Part shown: positions 47,152-57,900 of the stretch, one piece after another
Layout of the letters: each line of letters begins with the position of its first letter
Position numbering within the stretch: position 1 is the stretch's first letter
DNA from: Minisyncoccia bacterium
GTDB lineage: Bacteria; Patescibacteriota; Minisyncoccia; SW-4-49-11
DNA length: 64,000 nt
Direction: 5' to 3'
Assembly (NCBI GenBank): GCA_044341565.1
Contig: JBIIRM010000005.1
Location: 882 to 64,881 of the forward strand
Made by a program: the position numbers and the translations under genes
Notes under the pieces: model-generated
The model's database searches: none
Seen by the model: only the letters and a program-made list of their open reading frames with translations
What the model was told of the DNA's origin: nothing

Positions 47152-47376
47152 ATGAGAACGAACAATAAGAAGAAAGTCCCTAAGGTATGCTATTTCAGCA
47201 CTAATAATGTTGCAATAGACTATAAGGATGCAGTTACCTTGAAGATGTTTTTAACTCCTCAAGCTAAAATCGTAGCATCACGCCGAACAGGAACTCGAGC
47301 AAATCATCAGAGAAATCTGTCCAAGGCTATGAAAAGAGCTCGATTTTTATCAATTATCCCTTATGTAACCAGATAA
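47152..47376 (+). CDS. rpsR: 30S ribosomal protein S18
   Basis: S18 block [26 protein letters not shown]; follows ssb. Confidence 0.85.
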   Translation: MRTNNKKKVPKVCYFSTNNVAIDYKDAVTLKMFLTPQAKIVASRRTGTRANHQRNLSKAMKRARFLSIIPYVTR

Positions 47377-47380
47377 ATCT

Positions 47381-47650
47381 ATGCCTATTACACAATCTGC
47401 TATTAAAGCACATCGACAATCTCTCAAGAAAAATGCTGAGAATAATATCGTAAAGAAAAGACTAAAAAACTCTGTAAAGGAGTTTATAGGATATCTTGCA
47501 ACCGATATTACAAAAGCTCAGGAATTTATGCCTAATGTTTATAAGGCAATTGATAAGACTGCTAAGCGAGGAATTTTGAAAAAGAATTCTGCAGCCCGCA
47601 AAAAATCACGTCTTATGACCAAGCTTAATCAAGCATTAGCTGCTAAATAA
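47381..47650 (+). CDS. rpsT: 30S ribosomal protein S20
   Basis: Basic helical protein with the S20-like N-terminus (PITQSAIKAHRQSLKKNAEN). Confidence 0.75.
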   Translation: MPITQSAIKAHRQSLKKNAENNIVKKRLKNSVKEFIGYLATDITKAQEFMPNVYKAIDKTAKRGILKKNSAARKKSRLMTKLNQALAAK

Positions 47651-47661
47651 GTCCCTAAACC

Positions 47662-47695
47662 TAAAAAAGCTCCCGGATTATTTGGGAGCTTTTTA
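47662..47695. terminator. Bidirectional rho-independent terminator
   Basis: aaaaagctccc-ggattattt-gggagcttttt, between rpsT(+) and the convergent minus-strand gene. Confidence 0.7.
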
Positions 47696-47712
47696 GGTTA
47701 TTTTAATTTATA

Positions 47713-48825
47713 TTATGGAGTAATACGCATTGGGATAGCTTCTCCAATAGGGTATTGTTGTATCACCCTTTGAGGTAAGGTTATCACTTCATTGAATGTA
47801 TACCCATAGGAAAATAGTATTGCTGGACCATTAATTGGCCTTAGTTTGCGATTACTAAACCCATATATTTGTGGTGAGTTATCTGCTTTTACTAAAACAC
47901 CTTCTGTGGGGAATCTTATTGATTTACCCATACTATTAAACCCTGTGTTTTCAGTAGGAATACTAGCAAGTTCAGTTGGGGTAACTGCTTTTACTTGCCC
48001 CCAAGATAATCCTAAACTCTCAAATATTTCTGGACTATATATTGGTAGTTTTTTATTATTTTCAGTTACCCATACTGTACCCTCTCCTGATATCAAAACA
48101 CCATCTCGAATAGTAACATCTCCTTTTTCACTTGGATTATATACGGGTGCTACAGGAAGAGATAAATCTACAGTTTCATTCCACTTGAATTGAGATTCAA
48201 ATATAAGGGGAGATGGAACATATCTTCGCTTATCATCATCTACTAAATACATTTTTCCGCTACCTGTTTTGATCACTACTCCATCTGGATAATTAGAGCT
48301 TGTGGTAACTGCTTCTCCGAGTGGATGGAGATTAAGTTCAGCATCAGATACCGGCCTTACATTTTCCCACTTAAATCCTAATCTCAAAAATGCTGCTGGG
48401 GATACTATAGGTCTTCTTAATCCATCTGATATAATATAAGCTCCACCCCTATTAGATAATAATGACCCATCTCTAAAGGTTAATACCGGACCATCTGGAA
48501 TAAAATCTACATCGGCTTGAGATGCTATTATTAATGCTCTCCAATCAAAATTTCGAGATTCAAATAAGGCCGGAGACTCTATAGCTCTTTTTTGAAATTC
48601 ATCTATATAATATACTTTTGGAGATTTATTTGATTTAATAATACTTCCATTAGGAAAAGCATTCCCCGCTCCCTGAGAATAGCTTGGGATAGTAATTGTT
48701 CCCTCCCCATTATTACAGACTGTAAACGCAGGACAGACTTGAACATCTGCATTACTATATGGGGTTAATGTAAAAAATATCCCGATAAACAGTGAGCTTA
48801 ATAATAATTCTTTTTTGAATTTCAT
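47713..48825 (-). CDS. Secreted protein with five tandem ~55-aa repeats (possible cell-wall-binding/adhesin-like)
   Basis: Signal peptide, then repeats of the form R(R/P)I.SP..F.S.GF.W..V..V....L...P.G (five copies). Confidence 0.55.
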   Translation of the reverse strand: MKFKKELLLSSLFIGIFFTLTPYSNADVQVCPAFTVCNNGEGTITIPSYSQGAGNAFPNGSIIKSNKSPKVYYIDEFQKRAIESPALFESRNFDWRALIIASQADVDFIPDGPVLTFRDGSLLSNRGGAYIISDGLRRPIVSPAAFLRLGFKWENVRPVSDAELNLHPLGEAVTTSSNYPDGVVIKTGSGKMYLVDDDKRRYVPSPLIFESQFKWNETVDLSLPVAPVYNPSEKGDVTIRDGVLISGEGTVWVTENNKKLPIYSPEIFESLGLSWGQVKAVTPTELASIPTENTGFNSMGKSIRFPTEGVLVKADNSPQIYGFSNRKLRPINGPAILFSYGYTFNEVITLPQRVIQQYPIGEAIPMRITP

Positions 48826-48858
48826 ATTATTGTATTATATTTTATATACTTATATTAT

Positions 48859-48869
48859 CCCCCCCCCCC
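48859..48869. repeat. Homopolymeric C11 (G11 on the coding strand) tract 34 nt upstream of the start codon of gene 47713..48825
   Basis: cccccccccc c at 48859..48869, lying between -35-like and -10-like (gATAATat) hexamers on the minus strand. Confidence 0.8.
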
Positions 48870-48924
48870 GATTTTGTATAGACTAGTTATCCACAATTTA
48901 AATAGTTTTTATCATATATCTTAA

Positions 48925-49947
48925 CTACATATTCATTTGTAGGACAATCGATTTCAATTTTTCATAAGCATCCTTACCTTGAAATTTAATTTCATAATCC
49001 CCTTGTATTAGATTTAAATATATTTTTTTGAGGTCTTTAGAATTCCAAGATTGAATATTCTGAGCAGTTATTTTGAGTGCATAGGGATGTCCTTTTACAT
49101 AATCAATATATTGTTTTTGGCTTTCTTGAGACATTTTGATAATAAGTGCTGTCTTGATTTGGGATAATAATAGTCCATATACTTTTATCCCTTCTATACC
49201 TTGTTTTTGAAGAAAGTTTAATGTTGCAATATATTTGCCATAATTCCTTGCATATATTGATTCAGCTAAAGAAAATATACTATATGATTGCTCTTGAGGA
49301 AGTATTTTTTTAAGCATTTCAACCGTAATAAGCTTATTTTCATAGTAGTTATATAATGTATTTAAGAGCAATTCTATTGCATATAAATCTATTTGAAAGG
49401 CATTGGCTTTTGATTTTGACCTATTATCTGATTTTTCTTGAGCTAATGTATACTGCACTTTTTGATAAGAAATAAGATATATAATACCATCTCTTTTGAT
49501 ATCTATACCCTGCTCTAAACTCATTTGATGAATATAGGCTATTACTTTTGGTTCTGATAAAAAAGTATATTCCGTGTTTTTTGCTTTTACTTGATCTAGA
49601 GTTTTTGTTAGTGGATGCGTTTTGAGTATACTTACCGTATCATAAAATAATACAATAATATCGGCATTATCTTTGAGTATAGATAAACTTTTTTTGATTG
49701 TGGCATATAAGGCTTTAGGCAGGGAAGCTAATCCTTTAATAATCAGTAATCTTTTTTCAGTGAATAAAGAACTCGTATTGAGACTTTGTTTTAATCGAGA
49801 TAATATCATTTCCGGAGTTTCTGGTAATACAATTTCAGTAAAATCAAAGACTTCTTGTTTTGCCTGTTTCTGAATTCCTAATTCTTGTATAGAATAAAGT
49901 TTTTCTCTTGAACGATAGGTATCTGGTCCAGAAATTGATATAATCAC
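48925..49947 (-). CDS. holA: DNA polymerase III delta subunit (HolA-like)
   Basis: N-terminal pattern MIISISGPDTYRSREKL...SLFTEKRLLIIKG and a length of ~340 aa, typical of HolA. Confidence 0.5.
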   Translation of the reverse strand: MIISISGPDTYRSREKLYSIQELGIQKQAKQEVFDFTEIVLPETPEMILSRLKQSLNTSSLFTEKRLLIIKGLASLPKALYATIKKSLSILKDNADIIVLFYDTVSILKTHPLTKTLDQVKAKNTEYTFLSEPKVIAYIHQMSLEQGIDIKRDGIIYLISYQKVQYTLAQEKSDNRSKSKANAFQIDLYAIELLLNTLYNYYENKLITVEMLKKILPQEQSYSIFSLAESIYARNYGKYIATLNFLQKQGIEGIKVYGLLLSQIKTALIIKMSQESQKQYIDYVKGHPYALKITAQNIQSWNSKDLKKIYLNLIQGDYEIKFQGKDAYEKLKSIVLQMNM

Positions 49948-49966
49948 GATTGTCGCAAGCTAATCA

Positions 49967-51103
49967 CTAATTAAGCTCCCATTTCAAACTTTGATTTGGT
50001 TCGAGAACTTGAATAAAAGTTGATCCCGGAACAAGTGCAATTTCTTCCCCTGCTTCATTATAGAATCTCAAAGTTTCTTTGAAGCCATCTTTTTTCCAAG
50101 TGATAGTCTTTTCTTGACCATTTTGATATATTTTTCCCTCTCCTTTACCATAAAGACTAACCTCATTATATTGTCCCTCAATTTGTCGAGACTCTGCTCT
50201 GATAACAACAATGTTTTTAGGGGTAATATCTGCATTATTATTCCCCCTATCAGTATCTTTTTGTCCAGCCCAATATCGAGTATAACTATTAGTATCTTTA
50301 TTATATTGCCAACGAGTTGCGAATACTCCTCCAAACCCTACATATAAAGTTCCATTTTTTGCATTTGCTTTTTCAGAGTCAATATTTTGATTACTTTGAA
50401 AATTATATCCCTCAAAGTCAGTAGTAAGAGAATAACCTCGAGATTTTGCTAAATCTAGAACTTTTGGTAAGGAAGCAAATCCATTATGAGGGGCTGGGGC
50501 TGTGCTTTTACGGAAAAATGGTCCACTTGATGACATCGCATCAATATCTGATATTTTTCCTAAATCTTCACCAGAATATCTCTTCCCGGTTTTGAGCTCA
50601 TCAAGAGCAAAATGTGATCCTCCCCAATGCACATAAATAGCATCCCAACCTCTAACCAAACTAATATAATCATGTCTAGCACTGCGAATTGAACCAACTT
50701 CTTGTGGTAAATTACATACAAAAACCCCCATTAATCTTGTTACACTACCAGTTATTACAGGCATTTCTACCACAATATCTGCCTGACTAAGACCAGATAA
50801 TGGCCTTGCTACAGCGTCTCCCGCCATCATTACAGCCACAGGTCTTTGTTTATAATTATCACATTGAATACCACTCAGTGGACTCGCATTTGCAATTTTC
50901 TCTTCACTTGGTTTTAATATATTTCCTGCCTCATCAGTTTTTTGATCTTGTGTACCAGCAACTATATCAGAAGAAGTTTCTGCGCTACGTGTAAAGGCAT
51001 ATATTCCTATACCAAAAACTCCCACTATTAGAATTAGAATTCCATATACCGTATATTTTTGTTTGGTAGTTAATGTATTCCAACGCTTAAGAAAAGTTTT
51101 CAT
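49967..51103 (-). CDS. DUF3048 (YerB-like) secreted protein
   Basis: RPVAVMMAGDAVARPLSGLSQADIVVEMPVITGSVTRLMGVF...IRSARHDYISL matches the YerB/DUF3048 pattern; N-terminal TM anchor. Confidence 0.55.
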   Translation of the reverse strand: MKTFLKRWNTLTTKQKYTVYGILILIVGVFGIGIYAFTRSAETSSDIVAGTQDQKTDEAGNILKPSEEKIANASPLSGIQCDNYKQRPVAVMMAGDAVARPLSGLSQADIVVEMPVITGSVTRLMGVFVCNLPQEVGSIRSARHDYISLVRGWDAIYVHWGGSHFALDELKTGKRYSGEDLGKISDIDAMSSSGPFFRKSTAPAPHNGFASLPKVLDLAKSRGYSLTTDFEGYNFQSNQNIDSEKANAKNGTLYVGFGGVFATRWQYNKDTNSYTRYWAGQKDTDRGNNNADITPKNIVVIRAESRQIEGQYNEVSLYGKGEGKIYQNGQEKTITWKKDGFKETLRFYNEAGEEIALVPGSTFIQVLEPNQSLKWELN

Positions 51104-51104
51104 A

Positions 51105-51485
51105 TTATTGTAATAATTGATTAATCTTTGCTACTATTTCAGTGGGGGAATAATGTGCCTTAATAACATAGTCGATTGCACCCAATTTTAAAGCTTTGGT
51201 AATATAATTTTGTTCATTAAGATTACTCATTATTACAATTTTAGAATTAATAGTATCTGGCTTTTTTTTCTTATATTCTTCTAATACTTCAAAGCCCGTC
51301 TTGATCGGAAGCATAATATCCAAAAGCACAATATCATATTCTTGAGCTAATAATTTTTTAAGCCCCTCTTCACCATTTGAAGCCTCGGTTACCTGATATT
51401 TGGAATCACGTAATTTGATACCAACTAATTCTTTGAGGAAAATATCATCCTCTACGAGTAATACTGTTCTCTTATTTTCTGCCAT
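51105..51485 (-). CDS. Single-domain response regulator (CheY-like receiver)
   Basis: Receiver domain with the acidic pocket (LLVEDD), phospho-acceptor Asp (VLLDIMLP) and conserved Lys near the C-terminus. Confidence 0.85.
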   Translation of the reverse strand: MAENKRTVLLVEDDIFLKELVGIKLRDSKYQVTEASNGEEGLKKLLAQEYDIVLLDIMLPIKTGFEVLEEYKKKKPDTINSKIVIMSNLNEQNYITKALKLGAIDYVIKAHYSPTEIVAKINQLLQ

Positions 51486-51589
51486 ATTAATTTATTATAG
51501 ATTAACTTTATTATATCATATATATTTCATTTGGTGAATATATTTTTATGAACATTGCTATCATAATATTTAATGCTATACTAATAGGT

Positions 51590-53623
51590 ATGAAGTTTAA
51601 AATTTCCTCACATTATGAGCCGAAAGGTGATCAACCTCAAGCTATCGACAAATTAAGTCGAGGGCTAGCTGAAGGGCGAGCACATCAAACCTTGCTAGGA
51701 GTAACTGGTTCAGGAAAAACCTTTACTATGGCTCATTTGATTGAAAAAAATCAAAAACCAACTTTAATTATTTCTCATAATAAAACTCTCGCGGCTCAAT
51801 TATATCAAGAATTTCGTGATTTTTTCCCAGAAAATAATGTCCATTACTTTGTATCCTATTATGATTATTATCAACCTGAAAGTTATCTTCCCTCTTCTGA
51901 CACCTATATTGAAAAGGAGTCTATGACCAATGATCAGGTAGAGCGCTTACGGCATGCAGCTACGCAAAGCCTATTATCTAATCCTGATACTATTATTATT
52001 TCCTCCGTATCTTGTATTTATGGTATTGGGTCACCTGAAGATTATGGGAATTTATCGGTAATTATTGAGATAGGCCAAAAAATTCAAAGAGATGATTTTA
52101 TTCGCTCTTTGATTAGTATTCAATATAGCCGTAATGATATTGATTTTAAGCCGGGATGTTTTCGTATTAAGGGAGATGTAATAGAAATTCATGAGCCCGG
52201 AGAAAAGCGTTTAGTAAAAATTAGCTTTTGGGGAGATACTATTGAAACCATTTCATATAATGAATATCAGGATAGTATTTTAGAACAACTTCCCGCCAAA
52301 TATCTCGATAGCTATCGAATATTCCCCGCTACTCATTGGATTTCAACCCGAGCTAAAGTAGATAATATGATTCCTCTTATTAAGGAAGAGATGGCTACAA
52401 GAGTAGATTTTTTTAAAAAGCACAATAAATTAGTAGAGGCTCAGCGTATCGAAGAGAGGGTTAATTATGATGCAGAAATGTTATCTGAGGTCGGTTTCAC
52501 TAAAGGAATTGAGAATTATTCTCGCTATTTAACTGGTAGGGCCCCCGGAGAACCTCCTTATACACTTATTGATTATTTTCTTGAATCAGATAGTGAATTT
52601 CTTACCCTCGTTGATGAGTCTCATATTACCCTACCTCAAATTAGAGGTATGCATAATGGGGACGCTGCTCGCAAAAAAAACCTGATTGATTTTGGGTTTA
52701 GATTACCTTCTGCGGCGGACAATAGGCCTTTAAAATTTTATGAATTTGAGTCTAAAATACCTCGTATTGTGTATGTGTCAGCAACTCCTGGAGAATATGA
52801 GCTCGCTCATTCTACTCATGATATTGTACATTCTATTATTGAGTTACAACAATATAAAGAAAGTCCCGATGGTATTGCAGAACAAATTATTCGCCCTACC
52901 GGACTTTTAGAACCCATTATTGAAATTAGGCCTACAGATAATCAAATTCAAGATATTATTACAGAAATCGGTACTATTATTGCTAAAGATGAGAGAGTAT
53001 TAATATTAACTCTTACTAAAAGAATGGCTGAGGATATCACCGATTATCTCAAAGAACGTGGTATTAAAACTGAATATTTGCATTCTGATATTGATACCCT
53101 AGATAGACCTGAAATTCTTACCAAATTACGCCAAGGGGAATTTGATGTTTTAGTTGGTATTAATTTACTTCGAGAAGGTTTAGATTTACCCGAAGTATCC
53201 CTAGTTGCTATTCTGGATGCAGATAAAGAAGGGTTCTTGCGTAATGAAACCTCTCTTATTCAAACTATTGGAAGAGCCGCCCGACATCAAAATGGTAAAG
53301 TTATTCTATATGCTAATAAAATAACCAGATCTATTGAGAGAGCTATTGCTGAGACAAATCGCCGTCGAGATATTCAAGAAGCTTATAATACTGAGCACGG
53401 TATTACTCCTCAAGGTATTAAAAAAGATATTCGCTCCAGTATTATAAAAGATAAGAAAAAAGAATTATTGGAGCAAAAAATCTCTTCTCTTGACATATCT
53501 GAGCGAGAATTTATGATAGAAGAATTAACAAAGCAAATGAATATTGCAGCTCAAGCATTAGATTTTGAAAAGGCAAAAGATTTACGAGATGAAATAGCTC
53601 TCATTAAAGATTTACAGGAATAA
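51590..53623 (+). CDS. uvrB: Excinuclease ABC subunit B
   Basis: N-terminal FKISSHYEPKGDQPQAI, Walker A GVTGSGKTFT, helicase motifs, and a C-terminal UVR domain (ALDFEKAKDLRDEIALIKD). Start at the internal Met 51590. Confidence 0.95.
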   Translation: MKFKISSHYEPKGDQPQAIDKLSRGLAEGRAHQTLLGVTGSGKTFTMAHLIEKNQKPTLIISHNKTLAAQLYQEFRDFFPENNVHYFVSYYDYYQPESYLPSSDTYIEKESMTNDQVERLRHAATQSLLSNPDTIIISSVSCIYGIGSPEDYGNLSVIIEIGQKIQRDDFIRSLISIQYSRNDIDFKPGCFRIKGDVIEIHEPGEKRLVKISFWGDTIETISYNEYQDSILEQLPAKYLDSYRIFPATHWISTRAKVDNMIPLIKEEMATRVDFFKKHNKLVEAQRIEERVNYDAEMLSEVGFTKGIENYSRYLTGRAPGEPPYTLIDYFLESDSEFLTLVDESHITLPQIRGMHNGDAARKKNLIDFGFRLPSAADNRPLKFYEFESKIPRIVYVSATPGEYELAHSTHDIVHSIIELQQYKESPDGIAEQIIRPTGLLEPIIEIRPTDNQIQDIITEIGTIIAKDERVLILTLTKRMAEDITDYLKERGIKTEYLHSDIDTLDRPEILTKLRQGEFDVLVGINLLREGLDLPEVSLVAILDADKEGFLRNETSLIQTIGRAARHQNGKVILYANKITRSIERAIAETNRRRDIQEAYNTEHGITPQGIKKDIRSSIIKDKKKELLEQKISSLDISEREFMIEELTKQMNIAAQALDFEKAKDLRDEIALIKDLQE

Positions 53624-54754
53624 ACTTAGTATTCCAAAGCTAAAGACCATAATCATACCAATACCTATCCATTTTAAATGTCCCAGGCTATAAGCTGGAT
53701 TAATCTTGCCCACAACTTTTGATCGCCAAAACATTAATACAATTAAAATAGATATTATACTAATTCCTATTCCACCCGCATAGCGAATAATAGTATCAAA
53801 TTCAGCCCAATCTAAGGTAATTATAGCAATAGGAGGTATTACCGTAATAATAGTGGCACTTAATTTTGATATATTTCCAAAAGAAATATAAGAATCTATT
53901 AAAGCAATTCCCATGGTAATAAATGAGGTTATCATGGCTAAAAGTGCAAACACAGTAATAATACCGAGTACCTGTGGTCCCATTTTTTCTCCAAGAGCTA
54001 TAGTGGCGACTTTGGTAATATCTGATCCTGCCACACCTATTACCAATGTGGCAAATATACTATAGACTAAAATTGGTATCAATACCCCGAGTTGTATAGC
54101 TGATTTCATTTGCGCTCTTTGTTTTCCTAATATTTTTTTAACTTGGGGAATAGTAATAAGTCCAAAATATGAGAAGATAATAATTCCATATGGAGCAATG
54201 GTATCAGAAAATGAGGTGATTGGCTGAATAGTAAATTGGCTCCAATCAATACTCTGAGTATATAGAGCTTTTAACCATATAGTGATTACAATAAGGAGCA
54301 TACCTATACCGAATACCAATTCCCATTTACTCACTACTTTTAATCCCTTTATAATCAAATAACTTCCAATGCTAAAAAATATAATTGACCAAGCAAAAGA
54401 ATTCGCTGGAATAATAGCATTAACTATATCTCCTGCAGCTCTGATATAGGCTGTCATAGCTCCATATATTACAATCATTGTTGAAGCTAAGGCTAACAAA
54501 TAGCCCCTTTTACCAAGATATTTTTTGATAAGCTCTGGTACTTGTACAATTCCTTTTGTCCTCAAACTCACTTCACCAAGCATCAAATGTAATATCATCA
54601 TGACAACTCCCAATATCACCAAATATAATATTCCTGGCCAATATCCGGCATAATAAATAGTATAGGGAATGGCAAGTGTCCCGGCTCCAATAATAGTGCC
54701 TGATAATATAGCTACAGCTCTAATAAACTGATATTCTTTTATATTTTTTGTCAT
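53612..54754 (-). CDS. Amino acid permease (aromatic amino acid/HAAAP-like transporter family)
   Basis: 11-TM protein with an N-terminal block (ILSGTIIGAGTLAIPY) resembling the Trp/Tyr permease family. Confidence 0.5.
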   Translation of the reverse strand: MTKNIKEYQFIRAVAILSGTIIGAGTLAIPYTIYYAGYWPGILYLVILGVVMMILHLMLGEVSLRTKGIVQVPELIKKYLGKRGYLLALASTMIVIYGAMTAYIRAAGDIVNAIIPANSFAWSIIFFSIGSYLIIKGLKVVSKWELVFGIGMLLIVITIWLKALYTQSIDWSQFTIQPITSFSDTIAPYGIIIFSYFGLITIPQVKKILGKQRAQMKSAIQLGVLIPILVYSIFATLVIGVAGSDITKVATIALGEKMGPQVLGIITVFALLAMITSFITMGIALIDSYISFGNISKLSATIITVIPPIAIITLDWAEFDTIIRYAGGIGISIISILIVLMFWRSKVVGKINPAYSLGHLKWIGIGMIMVFSFGILSLFL

Positions 54755-54903
54755 TATATTTTATTTATCTTATCTCCAGTATACCACATTACATAAAATG
54801 ACAATATATTAATCCCGCTCTTTTTTATTACATATAGTACTAATGTATACGTCTCCATTAGCTTATTTTATGATATACTATACATACTAAGAAAATTTCC
54901 GCT

Positions 54904-57900
54904 ATGCAAGAATTTGTCCATCTTAATACTCGCTCTCATTACAGCATACTCGAGGCCATTGGTTCCATTGATGCTATTATTGCAAGGGCTCAATTATTAA
55001 AGTTTGATACCATAACCCTTGCCGATAAGGATAATATGTTTGGGGCTATTGAGTTTTATGAAAAAGCAAAAAAAGCTAATATAAAACCAATATTAGGAAT
55101 ATGTCTATCTGTTGGAAGCTTTGATGCAGGAGATAATAAAAGCTATTCCTTAACCCTACTTGCTAAATCCTATCCTGGATATATGAATTTGATTGAGCTT
55201 GCCTCTCTGGTTCGACTTAATGCTCATAAATATGTTTCTTTTGAAGAATTATCCCAATATTCTGATGGTATTATTTGTCTTACTGGTAATTATACAGGGG
55301 AAATTGCCTCTTATCTTATTCATACTCCTTCCAAAGTTTCAGCTTGGATAAAATCTTATAAAGATATTTTTAAAGAAAACCTTTATTTTGAAGTTTTACC
55401 ACTTATCAATACCCCTGACCAATTAAAAGCAAATACCCTATTAACTAAGCTCGGGGTATCTGCTCAAATTCCTCTTGTTCTGACAGCTCAAAGTATGTAT
55501 CTCACTTCTGAGCAAAAAACAGCTCACGATATTATGCTTGCCATTAAGTATAAAACAAATATTCAAAATCCTGATCGTATTAGCTTTGCCTATGAAGATT
55601 ATTCTCTCAAATCAGCCAAGGAAATATATACTTTAGCTCAAGAACTTAATATTCCAGAAGAGGCTATCCTTAATACCAGAACTATTGCTGATGCTTGTAA
55701 TGTAGAAATTCCTCTGTATCAAATTCAACTTCCTGCCTTTGAAGTGCCCCCACTTGAGTCAGGAGAAAAATTGTCAAATGAAAATTATCTTCGGTATCTT
55801 TGTGAAGATGGAATAGTAAAACGCTATCCAGGCAAAGATCAAAAACCTATACGAGAACGCCTCGAATATGAGTTTGATGTTATCAAAACTGCTGGATATA
55901 TTGACTATTTTCTTATTGTATCTGATTTTATTAATTGGGCTAAAAATAATAGCATATTAGTAGGACCGGGTAGAGGTTCTGCGGCTGGAAGTTTGGTTGC
56001 TTATTTACTTGCTATAACCGATCTTGATCCTCTAGAATATCAGCTTTTGTTTGAGCGATTTTTGAATCCTGCCCGTGTATCTATGCCCGATATTGATATT
56101 GATTTTCAGGACAATAAGAGAGAATTAGTATTACAATATGTAGCTCAAAAATATGGTCAAGATCATGTGGCTCAAATTTGTACTTTTGGAACTATGGCAG
56201 CCAAAGCCGCGATTCGAGATACAGGGAGGGCTCTCGGGTATTCTTATGGATTATGTGATTCTATTGCAAAGCTTATCGAACAAAAAACTATTGCTAAATC
56301 TATAGCTAATTCTCGAGAACTCAAAGCTCGCTATGAGCAAGAAGAAAAAGTAACAACTCTTATTGATGCTGCTCAAGAATTAGAAGGGTCGGTGAGGCAC
56401 ACTTCCACACATGCTTGTGCTGTGGTGATATCTCCCAAAAAACTAACATCCTATACTCCCCTACAAATTTCTGAATCTGGAGGAAAAACGTCTATTACTA
56501 CTCAATATGAAATGCATGCGATTGAAGATTTAGGGCTTCTTAAAATGGATTTTTTGGGATTATCTAATCTCTCCACTATTGAATCTACTCTTGAGTTAAT
56601 ACAGTCTCAGACAGGAACTATTATTGATATCAATAATCTTCCTATCAAGGATGCGTTAACCTATAAATTATTCCAAAAAGGACAAACCACTGGGGTATTC
56701 CAATTCGAATCTCAGGGAATGAAAAAAGCTCTTATTGGATTAAAACCATCAGACTTTAATGATCTTATTGCTATGGTTTCCCTGTATAGACCGGGTCCTA
56801 TGGAGCTTATACCAACTTATATAGCTCGTAAACATGGTAAGGAGGAGGTTTCTTATTTACACCCTAATCTGGAGCCTATTTTGAAACCAACTTATGGAAT
56901 TATGATTTACCAAGAGCAGCTGATGCAAGCATCTCAAGCGGTAGCAGGATTTTCGCTACCAGAAGCCGATACTTTACGTAAAGCTGTGGGGAAAAAGATT
57001 AAAGAGTTAATGGATGAACAAAAAACTAATATTATTGAAGGTACTGTTAAACAAGGTATAGAGAGACAAGTTGGAGAAAAATTATGGGAATTAATTGAGC
57101 CTTTTGGAGATTATGGATTCAATAAATCGCATGCCGCTTGTTATGCTTTTATCGCCTATCAGACAGCCTATCTCAAAGCACATTATCCTCTACAATTTAT
57201 GGTAGCTCTCCTCAATAGTGATGCCAAGGATATGACGCGTATCGCTATTGATATTACAGAATCTCGACAATTAGGTCTCAAGATTCAAGCTCCTCATATC
57301 AACAAGAGTAGTGCTCAATTTTCTGGCAGTGATTCTACAATTTTCTATGGTCTTGCGAGTATCAAGAATATGAGTTCCCATTTAGCAGAATATATTGAGC
57401 AAGAGCGAATAAATAATGGTCCCTTTAGCTCTTTAGAGAATTTTTTCAAAAGAATACCTGCAAAAGAATTGAATAAGAAAAATTTAGAAGCCTTAATCAA
57501 AGGGGGAGCTTTAGATGAATTAGAGAAAAGACATACACTTATCACAAATATCGATACTATTAGTGTATATATCAAAAAACTTTCTGATATTAATACCATA
57601 GTCCCAACCAATTCTTTATTTGGAAATACTGCCCCTACTGCACCTGTATTGGATTTAGTAGATAGCCCGATTTCTCCAACAGAACAATTAAATCAAATTT
57701 TAGAATTAGAAAATCATTATCTTGGCTTATGGATTTCAGCTCATCCAATCGATGAGTATAAAACAATTATAGAAGATTTAGCATTTCCAAGTATAAAAGA
57801 GCTCAAAGAATCTAAAAGAAAAACGGGGATGATTTTAGCTGGTATCATCAAAGAGAATAAAATTATTATGACTAAAAGTGGCTCCAAAATGGCATTTGTA

